A stretch of DNA of 63,983 nucleotides, the filler included, from Pirum gemmata (lineage: Eukaryota), in assembly GCA_002812295.1 (NCBI GenBank). It is 29 parts of 29 records of this genome, joined end to end, with 100 filler letters (N's around TTAATTAATTAA, not from the genome) between each part and the next. Parts side by side here need not be neighbours in the genome. Positions count along the whole stretch, not along the records: positions 62,042 to 63,983 come from PDIN01009848.1; 28 more parts are not named here. One strand, 5' to 3'. Shown here in pieces: positions 62,335 through 63,983 of this stretch. Position 1 is the stretch's first letter, and each line of letters starts with the position of its first letter. Under the pieces are notes generated by a model. That model worked only from the letters and a program-made list of their open reading frames with translations, did no database searches and was not told where the DNA came from. A program made the translations under genes and the position numbers.

Positions 62335-63542
62335 ACCTGAAGTACATCTAGTAACTGATGTAAATACGTTTACGTTAGAGGACTTGAAGACCAAGGCCAT
62401 GCAAGGAAAACTCGGAATGATAGCCCCGGATATTTCCTTAGGTTCAAAGTAAGATTTTTGTTGTACAGTTTTCACTACTTTTTACGTGCCATTGTATGTT
62501 TTTCTATGTAATATATTTTTTTTCTGTCCAATTAAATTACGTTTTCTATATAATAATTGTAAGTTTTATTTCTACCTTTACTGATACCCGCACATTCACT
62601 GTTGTTAGTTTTCGTCGTTACACTATATATAGTAATGATTATCATCCAGCGAATTTAGATATAGTGTAGACATACTATATATTGATTTTTTTTGTCCCGG
62701 TTAGTATAACCTCCACTTCTCTTACTGTTGGCTGACAAAACATGTAATATATTCATCTTAAACGGATAATAACTCATATAATGTAACTTGTTTGAATTTT
62801 CCAATTTATTTGTAGTATTATTCTTTCCAGTGAAGAGGGCGAAACCGATATGAATTCAGATAGATCTTTGGCTGATCTTGGTAACGATTATGTGTTTAGT
62901 AGTCCTTATTTCTTAACTCTTTATTGGTCTACAACAAAGCACTTTTTTGCCCCTTCAGCTTACTTCCATTTCTCTATTCCTATTATTTCCACTTATTCCA
63001 CTTATTCCTGTTATTTACCTTTTACATCATTGCCAGTAACCCTTTCTGCTATCGTTCAATTATTTTCCTAACCCTAACCCTAACCCCCTTTTCTTCGCAA
63101 CGTAAGATCCATGCCGTGTTGTGCTTTGTTCACTAATACAAAACTACATGCTTTCACAATAGTGTGTAATTCCTTTTCTTTTTATGTGGTATGACTTCAT
63201 ACTAGATCGATATTTTGTATAACATTATACACCAATGTATACATCATAACCATCATAACATTATACCAGTAGTTCATAACTATTCCTGGTACCTTGTTTG
63301 ATACTGACCAATATTCAATAGCTATAGTGCATATAATATCCAATGTATTTAACCCCCACCTCACTTTTTCCATTTGAAAACGAAAATAGGTGTGGAAGAT
63401 GGAAGTATTTTGGAAGCTGAAGATTTTTTGCAAGACTACCAACTAATTGTTGTTGTAGTACATAAAGAAGATTTGACCGAGGAAATAGAGTTTGAGATCG
63501 TTGGGGAAAAACCACACGTTAAAGAAAATAATACATGCTCTG
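62335..63542 (+). CDS. UBA2: SUMO-activating enzyme subunit 2, ubiquitin-fold domain; exons 62335-62448, 62816-62880, 63390-63542
   Basis: The spliced peptide PEVHLVTDVNTFTL...GMIAPDI..NIILSSEEGETDMN...GVEDGSILEAEDFLQDYQL...EFEIVG aligns with the UBA2/SAE2 UFD. Confidence 0.93.
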
Positions 63543-63983
63543 GTTAATATCTTTACAATATCCCAAATGTTTTACACTTTCATTCCCTTGAATGCCAATT
63601 ATTTTTATTGGTTAAGAAAAATAATCAATAATCAATAATCAATTGTGTATTTGACCATTATTACCACTAATATTACCATTATTATTGTGATTATTAATAA
63701 TATTCTTTTACTATTGTTAATAGTATTGTTGTTAATATTGTTGTGGTTATTATTAATAATATTATGCTAGTATTATTGTTATTATTATTATTATTATTGT
63801 CATTATGATTATTTTCATTATTATTATTATTCTTACTCTTATAATTCTTATTATTACTATTCATATTATTATTATTATTATTATTATTATTGTTATTATT
63901 ATTATTAGGGTGTCTGTATATTCTTGTTTTTTCATTTCCACTTAAGTTACACTTATTTTTGTTACAATTATCGTTATCATTAT

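Overview
This is not a contiguous locus. It is 29 short contigs (mostly ~1.9 kb) of an AT-rich, intron-rich, microsatellite-laden eukaryote, joined by an artificial 100-bp linker (N-run + TTAATTAATTAA + N-run), so gene order across linkers is meaningless. Recognisable gene pieces: an Mlx/Mondo-family bHLH-Zip with a DCD domain, a GATA zinc-finger factor, UBA2/SAE2 (3 exons), the first exons of NDK and OLA1, RapGAP, SH3 and TNFR-type Cys-repeat exons, GKUP-like nucleotidyltransferase exons, the last exon of an FAD oxidoreductase, an intronless bacterial-like leishmanolysin (M8) protease, and several orphan exons. Together with TTAGGG repeats, these suggest a unicellular holozoan such as an ichthyosporean (inference only). 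The non-coding DNA holds at least six families of small TIR elements (TA-flanked, 3-bp-TSD Harbinger-like, and 8-bp-TSD hAT-like), Ty1/copia and L1-like remnants, and interstitial telomere-like hexamer arrays. The most unusual signals are: (i) tracts that parse as TA-word-TA-word chains, which may be stacked transposon excision footprints; (ii) serial tandem re-duplication of gene 3' ends, including the stop codon; (iii) three cases of nested or antisense-interleaved genes; (iv) CpG-biased decay of MITE copies. No CRISPR array, rRNA or tRNA was recognised.
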